The notes: generated by a model not told the origin, from the sequence alone. A stretch of 63,795 nucleotides of DNA, filler included, from Octopus bimaculoides (GCF_001194135.2; 9 parts of 6 records of this genome joined end to end with filler, not necessarily neighbours in it); one strand, 5' to 3'. Counted from the first letter of the whole stretch, positions 51,701-63,795 are shown. Numbers and translations are program-made.

Positions 51701-53142
51701 AATTAAAACTAAAGAAGCATTTGTTTCTTTCCCATCTTGAAATGCGACAAGACTTTCATTCAAATATGATATTAACAGTCGTTTCAATGAAGAATTTGAT
51801 TTATATTTGCATTTGTCATGCCCTGTTAATGCTATGTTTGATTTCTATGCAAATCATGGCAGATTACTTTGCTTTATTAGCAGTTTGATTCCTTAGTGTA
51901 AACACAGAGATTATATTCTTACAATTGAAAATGGAATAAACATTTGCTAAAATCTATCTCAATACACTCCTCCTCTTTTACAATTATTTTTTTATATCAA
52001 AATATTTGAAAACCAAATGTATTTGAAAAACAAATTACGATCTTCATTAGTATGAAAACACAATCTAGTTTGACTTCAAAGATCAATAACACAATTCAGT
52101 TTGAAATTAGTGATGGCAATGTCAAACAATACATAAAAAACCAAACGAAGTAAGCAACTAACAAAATATCTTATAAAACATTCCAGCTGTCAAATGAAAC
52201 CCGCGAAAAATCTTTATTGAACAAAGAAAGGGATGCTAGGCAAGTTACAAACATTTTTAGATATTAGACGAATTATAAACACGTTTCGCAAAATTAAAAA
52301 AAACAAACAACAAATAGATTGCCTAAGAATATAGAGTTTCATCAACATGTAAGAAATCATGAATTTATATTTGTATTCCATGAAAAATACTTCAAGTACA
52401 CATCAAAACATGACTTTAATGTAATTCAGTTTGTAAACATACTTCTGTAAGTCATAGTTAACAAAACTCATACGCCATGTTATTGACATAGAATGAGATA
52501 TTGATTGAATATGGAATAGGAAGAGCGTGTTAGGGAAAATACTATAAAAATGAACTTGGCAAAGAATGTTTCTTTAACTGAAAACGATACTTATGTAGTT
52601 CAAATAGTAATTGAAAGTAATAAAGGAATATGTCAAGGCATAAATACTCAAGCAAACAGAACAAATAAAAATGTTTAACCAAATTCAAGACTATATTCTA
52701 AGACAACGCAAATATTTTACTTTTCGTGTCATACATGTACGAAGAACACATGTGCCAGGTCAGTACACAAGGTCCATTAAACACTTACAATAATAAATAA
52801 TGTAAAGCAGCCAACCATTGAACATCCTTCAGTAGAAGTAAATAAGATTTAATTCACAGTTCTTCGTAGGTTGGATGCAAATTTAATGAATTTTCAACAT
52901 TCAATCTTAACTTATTCTATCCTATAAACTACACTTCTGTAGATATATATACTTTAACAAAAGCTCAGAAACATTTACATTTTCTTGTTGGAAACATGCT
53001 CTATTGTATCTTATGAATAAACTAATGAATCGTTTGAAAATACTAATGATATGTCTGCATGATATCATTCAAATGATTGGTATTTAGTAGAGACAGGTTA
53101 GTGGTAATACATCCTACTTGTCTGATCTGAATATAAACATAT

Positions 53143-53300
53143 AGACGCAGTAGTGGCTTTGTGCTAAGAAGCTTCTTTCCCAACCACATGTTTTCAGTCT
53201 CACAGCGTGGCATCCTTGACAAGTGTCTTCTACTTGACCTTCGCGCCGACCAAAGACTTGTGAGTGGATTTGGTAGACGGAAACTGAAAGAAGTCCGTCA
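53143..53300 (+). mobile_element. SINE family A 5' half
   Basis: GTAGTGGCTTTGTGCTAAGAAGC..CCTTGACAAGTGTCTT..GTGAGTGGATTTGGTAGACGGAAACTGAAAGAAG, followed by (TA)n. Confidence 0.8.
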
Positions 53301-53326
53301 TATATATATGTATCATACTAAAAACA

Positions 53327-53404
53327 GTTAAGACCCTCATTAAAACCACGAATAATACTGAACATTTTTTCAGTGTTATTGGTGGTTTAAATGAAGGTTT
53401 TAAC
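53327..53404. other. 78-nt hairpin (36-bp stem, 6-nt loop)
   Basis: 53327-53362 vs 53369-53404: 31/36 Watson-Crick pairs plus 2 G-U on the plus strand. Confidence 0.8.
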
Positions 53405-53561
53405 TCCTCTTTCTAGCAGGTAGGCGCTTTGTGCGCCGTTATGTTTGATATAAAATTTAATCCTAAAGCTATCTAATGGCCTTTTAAGCCTGCAACCACA
53501 TATATTATTGTTGTTATTATCAACTATTTATATTACTGCAGATAATAATAATAATGATAAC

Positions 53562-53628
<67 letters not shown>

Positions 53629-53861
53629 TCTATATAAATATTTACACCTGAATTCCTTATATATATATATANNNNNNNNNNNNNNNNNNNNNNNNNNNNN
53701 NNNNNNNNNNNNNNNNNNNNNNNNNNNNNNNNNNNNNNNNNNNNNNNNNNNNNNNNNNNNNNNNNNNNNNNNNNNNNNNNNNNNNNNNNNNNNNNNNNNN
53801 NNNNNNNNNNNNNNNNNNNNNNNNNNNNNNNNNNNNNNNNNNNNNNNNNNNNNNNTATATA

Positions 53862-54615
53862 CTAGCAAATGCACCCGTCCCTTGGACGGTGTAATTATTA
53901 TAATGGTGCACTACTGTGGACGGTTTAAGTTGAATTCGCTCGCATTTCGGTGTCGTTTCAAGTTGATACGCGTTAATTGTATAATTACCATTTTCGTTAG
54001 CAACTTATGATATGGTATTAAGAAACTTAAGTATTGAATAAATATTTTTGAATACAAATTTGGCAGTTAGTAATAAATGAAAGTCCACGAAATGGGATCG
54101 CAATTGCAGTAGGCATTAGAGATCTTATAACTTACCTGAAGCGTTTTGTAACATGTACTTATTTTTCTCGTAATACATGACACAACCGCATTGAAGCTGT
54201 TTTTCTATCAATGGAAGTCATGTGTGATAAAGAAAAGCAAATATTTATAACAAACGCACAAATAGATTAATGGCATGTACAAAAATAAATGCCAGGGCAT
54301 GCTTATGAGCGAACAGCGTGTTGGAAGTAAGAAGGATCATTGAAGGTAACGTACTGTCGATAAAAATCAGGGACATGAAATAAAATACCAATGAAATGCT
54401 TCCAAGAAGGCTAACGGTTACAGTTTGGCGTAGATGTGAAGAATGCAGTTGAGGAATAGCTACTGTAGGGTTGCTTTGCAGACGACATTCTTTGTTTTTC
54501 CTTCGGAGGCACAGGTGAATAATTTGTCCGGATTCATGTGAAAAGCACGATGTTCGAAGATCCAATCCGACAACTTTTAGCGACTGACCTTGCGATTTGT
54601 TAATTTTCATGGTAA

Positions 54616-54617
<2 letters not shown>
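53862..54617 (-). mobile_element. Helitron 3' end with Pif1-like helicase C-terminal remnant
   Basis: Minus strand FTMKINKSQGQSLKVVGLDLRTSCFSH, then (shifted, with deletion) NPDKLF..EGKTKNVV..LQ*. Hairpin CCGTCC-AAG-GGACGG (53875-53889) lies ~9 nt before the terminal CTAG, which is followed by T. Confidence 0.85.
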
Positions 54618-54672
<55 letters not shown>

Positions 54673-54724
54673 CAGACACACACATATATATATGCAAACA
54701 TACATACACACACATATAAGTGTG

Positions 54725-54885
54725 TGTGTGTGTGTGTTTGTAACACAACCATCGTTTGACAACCAGTGTTGGTGTGTTTACGTTCCGGTAACTAAGCGGT
54801 TCCGCAAAATAGACTATAGAATAAGTATTAGGCTTACAGAGATTAAGTCTTGCGGTCGATTTGTTTGACTAAAGGCAGCTTTCTT
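54725..54885 (+). mobile_element. SINE family A 3' half (diverged)
   Basis: GTTTGACAACCAGTGTTGGTGTGTTTACG..TAGAATAAGTATTAGGCTTACA..GTCGATTTGTTTGACTAAAGGC. Confidence 0.75.
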
Positions 54886-55225
54886 TCAGGGCTGCACTAG
54901 AAAAGGTTTTGTCGTATATCATTAATGATTTCCTGGTCAGCATGTATAATATGCTCTGCAATCATCGGTACCACATAAGCAGAAAATATAAATATAAACA
55001 TCTCCACATAACAAACAAACAACAATGCATCCAGAAGAGCATATACAAATGTTCACACTTATATATCCATGAAAGGGGGCTTATATTTAAGACAAAATCA
55101 TATTTGTATTAATTTTTTTCTCAATTTCTCTTCTACGCTAGCTACTTGATAAATCTTATATAGATTTTCTCCTTAAATGTTATTTACACACACACACACA
55201 CGCACACACACACACACACACACAT

Positions 55226-55272
<47 letters not shown>

Positions 55273-55791
55273 TACATACATATATATNNNNNNNNNNNNN
55301 NNNNNNNNNNNNNNNNNNNNNNNNNNNNNNNTTAATTAATTAANNNNNNNNNNNNNNNNNNNNNNNNNNNNNNNNNNNNNNNNNNNNCCATTTGTTTTTA
55401 CTGTTTTGTTCTTACTGCCCTGTTTTTGTTACCACTTTAACCCTCCGCAAAAAATCCCAAATTTTATTTAATTTGCTTTGCGGGAAGAACTATTTTAACG
55501 AAGTCACATCTTGTCTCTACTTTCGAAACGCGGAGTAGATAAAACAGAGGACAACTGATGAAGGGAATGTTCTTTATGTTGCCTGTCTCGTTTCTCTGTT
55601 TGTTTCTTTCGTTGTTCGAAAAAAAGTTCGTTTTCTATGTTTTTGTCTTTATGTTCTTGTTTCACATTTTGTTCACGTTTTTTTGACGCCTTGTACCCAT
55701 ATTTGCATGTATATATACATATATATGTAGATATGTACATATATGTATGTATATATGCATATATTTATATATTATTTATATTATATTATAT

Positions 55792-55836
<45 letters not shown>

Positions 55837-57000
55837 GTGTGTATGTATGTATGTATGCATGTATGTATCAAATGGATGAGTTATAAAAATATTCTGCACA
55901 TTCAATAACAGCCATACCAACAAGCCAACATAACTCATGGATATCACTATGGCTTCGACACCTGGGCAGTACCATTCAATAGGTGTTGTTTCGGAACAAA
56001 CATACCTTAGATATCACCACATTCATTCAATCTTAATTCTGGGAAGAATTAAACACTAACATTATTAATTAAACTACAACAAAGAAATTACCTTATGTAT
56101 ATCAGTATTGGTAAATAAATTCAATAAGTAAACCTACAACTAACCCCTAAAATATATAACTAAATAGTGACCAATCCTTTAAGTCCATACAGATAATATT
56201 CCCACCAGTCTTACTTAGTTATTAATATAAAAAAGTGAAAGCTTTATAATCTATTCTCTCCCAAACAAAACAAAATCGATTGAACTTAACTTGACTAATA
56301 ATATACCTAATTCTGAGTGAATTACACTATTTCATAATCCAAAAGTTAATAATTAAAACACAGCATACGTATTAAATATTCGTATGTATGTATATGTGTG
56401 TATGTATGTATGTTTGTTTGTATGTATGTATGTATGTATGTATGTATGTATGTATGTATGTGTGTGTGTGTGCGTGTATGCATGTGTATGTGCATGTGTG
56501 CATATGTATATGTATGTGCGTATGTGTATATATATGTGTGTGTGTGTGTGTATATATATATGCATGCATGTATGTATGTATATTTGTCTCAACTATCCTC
56601 ACAACGTTTTACTAGATTACAATCCCCTTCCAGCTACAGTACTTTAACACTCTCACAAACATCATCATTGGAGTAAACTTCAACGTTAACAACACCTAGT
56701 TTTCAAATAATACAGATAACCATTGAGCTGACGAAATACCATCGCAAGTAGATTCATTTATATCTTAAACAAACAACACCGACACACATATACTTCACCA
56801 ACTCCAACTCTTCCCCAGACGTCAGCTTCTGCTCCTCACACTTAAGCTACCCCGATCACTTAAGCTACCCCGATCACTTAGCAAACAATTACCCAATTTT
56901 CCTCGGGCAGTCTATTGATTTAGGATCTCAATACGATTTCATACATCAACGAAGAAAGTAAAAACTTTAACAAATACAGAAAAAGTGCAATGAAACTAGT

Positions 57001-57156
57001 CATGGCTGTGGGGTTAAGAAGTATGCTTTGCAACTGCGTGGTTTCAGGTTCAGTCCCACCGCACAGCATCTTTGGCAAGTGTCTTCTACTATAACCCTAG
57101 GTCGATCATTAACTTGTGAGTGAATTTTGTTGACAGAAACTGTGTGGAAGCTCATC

Positions 57157-57157
<1 letters not shown>
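57001..57157 (+). mobile_element. SINE family A 5' half
   Basis: GGCTGTGGGGTTAAGAAG..GGTTCAGTCCCAC..CTTTGGCAAGTGTCTTCTACTATA, followed by (TG)(TA)n and a gap. Confidence 0.75.
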
Positions 57158-57192
<35 letters not shown>

Positions 57193-57410
57193 NNNNNNNN
57201 NNNNNNNNNNNNNNNNNNNNNNNNNNNNNNNNNNNNNNNNNNNNNNNNNNNNNNNNNNNNNNNNNNNNNNNNNNNNNNNNNNNNNNNNNNNNNNNNNNNN
57301 NNNNNNNNNNNNNNNNNNNNNNNNNNNNNNNNNNNNNNNNNNNNNNNNNNNNNNNNNNNNNNNNNNNNNNNNNNNNNNNNNNNNNNNNNNTGTGTGTGTG
57401 CGTGCGTGTA

Positions 57411-57840
57411 GATCAAAACAGTTTGGTCCAAACTCCTTGATAGTCTGAGTTTCAAGTGTGATTCCAATCTTCGAGCATTGGAGTTTGTACGAGAGGACGG
57501 GTGTAGACTGTGATTGGTCGAGAAAGGTCACTCGGTGTCACACTTTGATGTTGGTATTTCAGCGACACAATTACTTGGAAAATACCGCATAGTGAACAGG
57601 AAATCGACCGCGTGGTGGACAGGAAATCAGTCACGTTGTTGGTTGAGGATGTGCGCTGTCGCTGAAATACCAGCATCAAACTGTGACATCCCGTGACCTT
57701 TCTCGACCAATCGCAGGGTAACGTTGGTAATAAACATTGACTCTCTTCAAACATCCTCTCATTCAAAGTCCAATGGCCGAAGATTAGCGTCACGTTTGAA
57801 ACTCAGACTCCCAAGGAGTTTGAATCAAACTGTTTTGATC
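57411..57840. mobile_element. Foldback/palindromic MITE (~430 bp)
   Basis: Outer arms 57411-57482 / 57769-57840 and inner arms 57508-57567 / 57657-57716 are inverted. The loop has ACAGGAAATC twice. The TSD is obscured by (TG)n. Confidence 0.85.
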
Positions 57841-58179
57841 CACAGACACACACACATCCTGTGTGTGTGTGTATCTGTGTGTGTGTGTGCGTGTGTGTGT
57901 CTTTGTGTGTGTGTGTGTAATTATGGTCACGGCTGGAATGCTTTTTGATCACAGGTCTGCTGGATCTGAACTATTTGAGTCCGAACAAAAGCAACTTTAA
58001 CAATAACAACAAAACTTTAGAGCTGTGTATTCACTGCAGATATGAAAGATGTCGTTGTACATTGATCATAACACTCTGACATCAGCTGCTGGTAATTAAA
58101 ATAGTTAACACACACACACACACACACACAAACTGATTCAATCTCTCTCTCACAAATACACACACACGCACATACACAC

Positions 58180-58758
58180 GCAATTAGTCACTACCTGCCT
58201 ATCTATCAATCAACGATCCAACCTCCATACCAACTAATCAAGCAACCCATCAACGAATACTATATACCTACTTATCTGCTCTTCTATCTACATATCAGTT
58301 AACCAACCTAACTACCAACCTATCTAATAACCTACTTACCAATCGATCTAGCAACCAACCAACCAACCAAACAACCAGCATACAAACCTGCCAATCAACT
58401 ACTAATCAGCCTATCTAGCAATCTTCTGGCCAACCAATTTGTCACCCTACTACCAACTAATCAACTCTCCCATCTACCAACGCCAACTACTAACTTACCT
58501 CTCTATAAGGCAATCTGTTTACCAATCTATTTACCAAACTACTAACTTACCTCCCAACTACTAACTTACCTCCCTATAAGGCAATCTGTTTACCAATCTA
58601 TTTTACCAAACTAATATAACGGACCTACCTATCTACCCACTTAACGGCCAACCAACTTATCAACTTACCTACCAACTAACCATCCTACCTATCTAGCAAC
58701 CGATCTACCAACCTACCTTCGTGCCAAGCAACTTTTTATACCAAACAGTCGACAGCTT

Positions 58759-58804
<46 letters not shown>

Positions 58805-58990
58805 GGACTTACCTATATACCAACTTACCAACCAACCGACCCGCCAACTTGCTTACCAATCAGCCTATCTAACAACTACCCAACCATCTTACAAAATTGT
58901 AGCTAGCATATTATGATCATAACTATTCGTTTACCTTCCGACCGATCTATGAAGTAATCTATAAACCTGCAAGCCTGTCCACCTATTAAA
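58180..58990. repeat. Degenerate C/A-rich tetranucleotide-derived repeat (CCAA/CTAC/TCAA) with ~52-bp internal duplication
   Basis: ACTAACTTACCTC.CTATAAGGCAATCTGTTTACCAATCTATT occurs at ~58490 and ~58560. Confidence 0.7.
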
Positions 58991-59373
58991 ACACTTGATC
59001 AAATAAGCCACCATAACACGCCGTGGTTCGTATACACTCCTCCAACTTCATTTAGACACACACCTTCACATCCATAATTTAACACACACACACACATGCG
59101 CGCACAAACACACACACACACACACATACACACACACACACACACAGATCCACCCACCGTTTCATTTGCCCTCGTCACTGTACAAATTCTTTTTATCATT
59201 CATCACACCGCCACCAATCAATGTGACAAACACCATTGTCACCACCAACAGCATCAACATCTCCACCTCCACCNNNNNNNNNNNNNNNNNNNNNNNNNNN
59301 NNNNNNNNNNNNNNNNNTTAATTAATTAANNNNNNNNNNNNNNNNNNNNNNNNNNNNNNNNNNNNNNNNNNNN

Positions 59374-62322
59374 AGTTATGATATGCATCTGTTACTTGAT
59401 ATATACACTAACTAGTTACTATATACACCTGCTAGCTACCATATGCACCAGCTTGTCACTCAAAAGACCTATTAGTTACTACATACATCTAGTTAATCTG
59501 TACACCAGGCAGTTACCATATGGACCAGGTAGTTACCATATGCACCATCTAGTTCCTATATGCAGCAGCTGGTTACTATATGCAACTTCTAGTTACTATA
59601 TACAGCTGCTACATATTATGTACACCTTCTAGTTACCATATACACCTGGTAGTTAATATACACCAGATAGTTACCATATACACCAGCTAGTTAACATATA
59701 CACCTGCTAGTTACCATATACAACTTCTAGTTACCATATGTACTTGCTGGTTACTATATACACCAATTACTTACTATATGCACCTCCTAGTTACTACATA
59801 CACCAGCTACTTACCATATACACCTGCTACATAACATATACACGAGCTAGTTACTATATACACCTACTAGTTACTATATACACAAGTTTGTTACACCTGC
59901 TAATTATTATATACACATTCTAGTTATTATACATATCTGGTAGTTACCATATACACTTGGTACTTTCTATATACACCTACTAGTTANNNNNNNNNNNNNN
60001 NNNNNNNNNNNNNNNNNNNNNNNNNNNNNNNNNNNNNNNNNNNNNNNNNNACTATATACACCTGGTAGTTAATATACACACCAGCTATTTACTATATACA
60101 CCAGCTAGTTACCATATACACATGCTACTTACTATATACACCTTCTAGTTACCATATACACCTGCTACTTACTATATGCAGCTATTAGTTACTATATACA
60201 CCTGTGAGTTACCATATACACATGCTAGTTACTCTATACACATTGTAGTTAATATATACATCTGCTAAGTACTATGTACACCTCCTAGTTACTATATGCA
60301 CCTGCAAGTTACCATATACACCTGGTAGCTACTATATACACCTGTGAGTTTCTACACACACACCTATTAGTTACTATATACATATTCTAGTTACCATATG
60401 CACTTGCTAGTTACTATTTGCACCTATTAATTACTATACACACCTTTTAGTTACTAGATACACCTGGTACTTACGATATATACCAGTTACTTAACATTCA
60501 CACTTGCTAGTTACTGTATGCACCTGCTAGTTACTATTTGCAGCAGCTATTTACCATATACACCTGCTAGTTATTATATACACATGCCAATTACCATCTA
60601 CCCCTACTAGCTACTATATACACCAGCTAGGTACCATATATTATATGCACCTGCTAATTGCTATATGCACATGCTTGTTACTTATATACACCTGCTAGTA
60701 AAAAATAAACACCTGTGAGTTACTACATACAACTGCTAGTTACTATATTCATTTTCTAGCTACTATTCACACCAGCCAGTTATGATATACAACTGCTAGT
60801 TACCATATGCACTTGCTAGTTACTATATACATCTTTTAGTTACCATATGCATGTGCTAGTTGCTATATACGCCAGCTAGTTACTATTAGGTTTTTCGGAA
60901 AATAATTGCCGATTTTAAAATGAAGCCTATATTATTGAAACATTGATACCAGTTATATGAAACATTTCTCTGACTCTTTGTCATGGGTTTTGTTGGAATA
61001 TTGTTTTCAAATGCTGATCATCAATGTTGGATGGATGTCCTCTAACTACGTGATCTTCAAGGCTCTCAACCTCACTATAGAATCTCTCGAACCACTGTTT
61101 CACTGTCCAATCACTAGTAGAACCTTCATCCCATGCTCAGTTGATATTGGTGGCTGTTTGGGAAGCATTATGTCCAAGATGGAATTCATAGAAAAAAACA
61201 AATGCATTTCTTCTTTTTCCTGTTTGAAATTAAGGATTTCTATGCTTCAAAATGATATTCTGACAGAAATCAATAAAAATTTATTTAAATATACACATCA
61301 ATTATTAAGCATGTAAAAATGTTACCTAAAACATTTCTTAAATAACATTTAAAATGGAATTTGAAAAAATGTTTTGGAAAAAGCATACAGTATTTTCTGA
61401 ACAACCTAATATATACATCTCATTACTATATACACCTGCTAGGTACTATGCACACATGCTAGTTACCATATACACCAGCGAGTTACTATATACACCTACT
61501 AGTTACTATATACACCTGCTAGTTCCTATATACATGAGCTACTTACCATATAAATCTGCTAGATACCATATGCATCTGCTTGTTACTATATACACCAGCA
61601 AGTTACCATATGCACCAGCTTATAGCTATATACACTAGCTATTTACTATATACATCTAGTTCCTATATACACCAGCTAATTACCATATGCACCAGCTAGT
61701 TACNNNNNNNNNNATACACCTGTTTGTTACCACATACACATGCTACTTACCATATATATCTTCTAGTTACTATATACATGCACTTTTTTGCAATATACAC
61801 CAGCAAGTTACCATATACACCTGCTAGTTATTATGTACACCTACATGTTACAATATACAACTGCGAGTTACTGTATGCACCTTAAAGTCACTATATAGAC
61901 CAGCCAGATAACATATGCACCATATACACCAGCCAGATAACATATACATCTGCTAGTTACTATAAACACCTGTAAGTTACTATATGCACCTGATAGTTAC
62001 TATATAGACCTGTTAGTTACCACATACACCAGCCAAATAACAGATACACCTGCAAGTTACTATATACACTTGCTAGTACCCACATGCACCTATTGGTTGC
62101 TATATACACCAGCTAGTTACTATATACATCTGTTAGTTACTATATACACCAGATAGTTAACACATACACCTTCAAATTACTACATAAACCTGTGAGTCAC
62201 CATAAGCACCTGTTAGTTACTATATACACCAGATAGGTATTATATACATCTTCTAGTTACTGTATACACCTGAAAATTACTATATAAACCAGCTAGGTAC
62301 CATATACACCAGCTAGTTACTA
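59374..62322. repeat. 20-bp satellite/minisatellite array, consensus ~AGTTAC(C/T)ATATACACC(T/A)GCT
   Basis: Persistent 20-bp period. About 115-120 units, estimated from length after subtracting gaps and the mariner insert. Confidence 0.95.
60886..61409 (-). mobile_element. Internally deleted mariner (524 bp) inserted in the satellite at a TA
   Basis: TA-TTAGGTTTTTCGGAAAATA ... TATTTTCTGAACAACCTAA-TA. The minus strand encodes a degenerate N-terminal HTH (FFYEFHLGHNASQTATNIN..TVKQWFERF..SLED..GHPS). The flanks rejoin to a satellite unit. Confidence 0.85.
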
Positions 62323-62473
62323 TTGCTGAGAACCCCTTCGGTCATGACTGACCATGGGATTGCACCTAGAAAGNNNNNNNNNNNNNNNNNNNNNNNNNNN
62401 NNNNNNNNNNNNNNNNNTTAATTAATTAANNNNNNNNNNNNNNNNNNNNNNNNNNNNNNNNNNNNNNNNNNNN

Positions 62474-63774
62474 ATTTCATCAGCCAAAAACTGAAGCAAT
62501 TCAGGTCATCATTAGTATTGAAAGTTTTACCATTCAAAGAATTTTGCAAATTTTGAAATAAATTGCAATCTGATCGTGCAAAGTCAGGGCTATATGGTGG
62601 ATGTGATATCACTTCCCAATCAAGCTCCAATAATTTTTCACGAGTTAGCAAAACATGTGTGTTCTAGCATTGTCATGGTCGAACACGACACCTTTACGAT
62701 TTGCCAATTCTGGCCGTTTTTCTTTGATTGCTTCCTCCAGTTTCCTTAGTTGTTGACAGTAAACACCTGAGTTGATCATTTGGTTCCTTTGAAGCAGCTC
62801 AAAATACACAACACCATTGTAATCCCGCCAAATTGACAGCATGACCTTCTTTCAGTGTAGTTTGTGTCGGTTCATTACGCTTGGACTATGATTGTTTACG
62901 ATTGATGTTATTGTAGACATTCCATTTTTCATTACCAGTAATTATTAGTTTCAAGGAAAGGTCGATTTCATTGCGTTTGAGATGCATATCGCAGTGGAAC
63001 CTAGATATCGAGCTTCTTAACGAGCTCAAGACATTTTAAGTGATTTTTAATTGTTGTGTGTGATACATTTAACCTCCCTGCAATATTTCGTACAGTTGTA
63101 TGATAATCAGATTTAATTATGACTTTGATTCGATCATCACCAACTTCAGTAGGTCGGCCAGAACTTAAGTCGTCTTTGAGTGAAAGATCTCCAGAACGGA
63201 ATTTTTAAAACCATTTCTGACATGTAGATTCTGTTAAGCAATCAACACCATAAATTTCATATCTGTTTGTGAGCTTCAGCAGCTTTCTTGCCTTTACGGA
63301 AAAAAAAAAAGGCGGCGAGCTGGCAGAAACGTTAGCACGCCGGGCGAAATACTCAGCGGTAATTCGTCTGTCTTTATGTTCTGAGTTCAAATTCCGCCGA
63401 GGTCGACTTTGCCTTTCATCCTTTCGGGGTCGATAAATTAAGTACCAATTACGCACTGGGGTCGATGTAATCGACTTAATCCCTTTGTCTGTCCTTGTTT
63501 GTCCCCTCTATGTTTAGCTCCTTGTGGGCAATAAAGAAATAAGGAAATAAAAAACCAAAATGTAGGGAAAATGTTCGTTATTGCACTCCATATTAAAATT
63601 AACACTGAATTAACAACTGTAAACAAAATTACGCGCAAGTTGTTTCTAAAGTAAACGAAAAGTAACGGCTATCAAATGATAAAAGGAAAAAAACATAACA
63701 TTGACAAAAATCTTAAAAAGAAATCGTAACTCTATCTATTTGCGGAAAACGAAATTATTTTCTTGCTAACCCAA
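62474..63774 (-). mobile_element. Degenerate mariner (DD34D-type) transposon, 3' end in gap
   Basis: TIR TTGGGTTAGCAAGAAAATAATTTCGTTTT ends at 63774 with TA flank. ATG at 63591 (MECNNEHFPYILVFYF/RKGKKAAEA). Then WF..SGRPTE, IITGNEKW, HDNARTH and HPPYSPDFARSD. Confidence 0.9.
63311..63542 (+). mobile_element. SINE family D, full length, inserted into the mariner ORF
   Basis: GGCGGCGAGCTGGCAGAAACG head, GAGTTCAAATTCC B box, GCCTTTCATCCTTTCGGGGTCGATAAATTAAGTACC core and AAATAA tail. The ~12-bp TSD is GGAAA(A/T)AAAAAA at 63298-63309 / 63543-63554. Confidence 0.9.
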
Positions 63775-63795
63775 TATATATATATATATATATAT

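Noticed and set aside
55520-55570. CGAAACGCG...CTGATGAAGGG hammerhead-like words
   Set aside because: No stem I pairing can be formed in the type II arrangement, and no GAAA follows a stem II.
56839-56880. 18-bp tandem duplication CACTTAAGCTACCCCGAT x2.3
   Set aside because: It is an ordinary slippage duplication with no further structure.

Overview
Gene-poor, repeat-dominated animal genomic DNA with about 7.5 kb (~12%) of N gaps and dense microsatellites. It is most likely cephalopod/Octopus; this is inferred from the tRNA-derived SINE families, the TTAGGG repeats and the gap-marker style. No host protein-coding gene could be confidently identified, and almost all long ORFs in the track are artefacts of N runs or microsatellites. 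Retroelement remnants: an R4/Dong-like RT+RLE LINE with two extra 3' copies, an RTE LINE carrying a PHD-like finger, two different Penelope-like GIY-YIG remnants, and at least four modular tRNA-SINE families. DNA transposon remnants: three mariner copies, a Tc1/mariner deletion derivative, a Merlin/IS1595-type transposase, a Helitron 3' end, and several palindromic MITEs, one with a (TAACCC)n/(GGGTTA)n core. Tandem arrays: a 20-bp satellite and a 20-28-bp minisatellite made of overlapping kappaB-like and STAT/GAS-like motifs. The most unusual object is at ~46971-47415: a tRNA-headed, microsatellite-bearing element flanked by inverted arms that carry a Penelope-type minimal hammerhead ribozyme. 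It may be a Pol III-driven, ribozyme-processed, PLE-mobilised non-autonomous element. All alignments and counts were done by eye.
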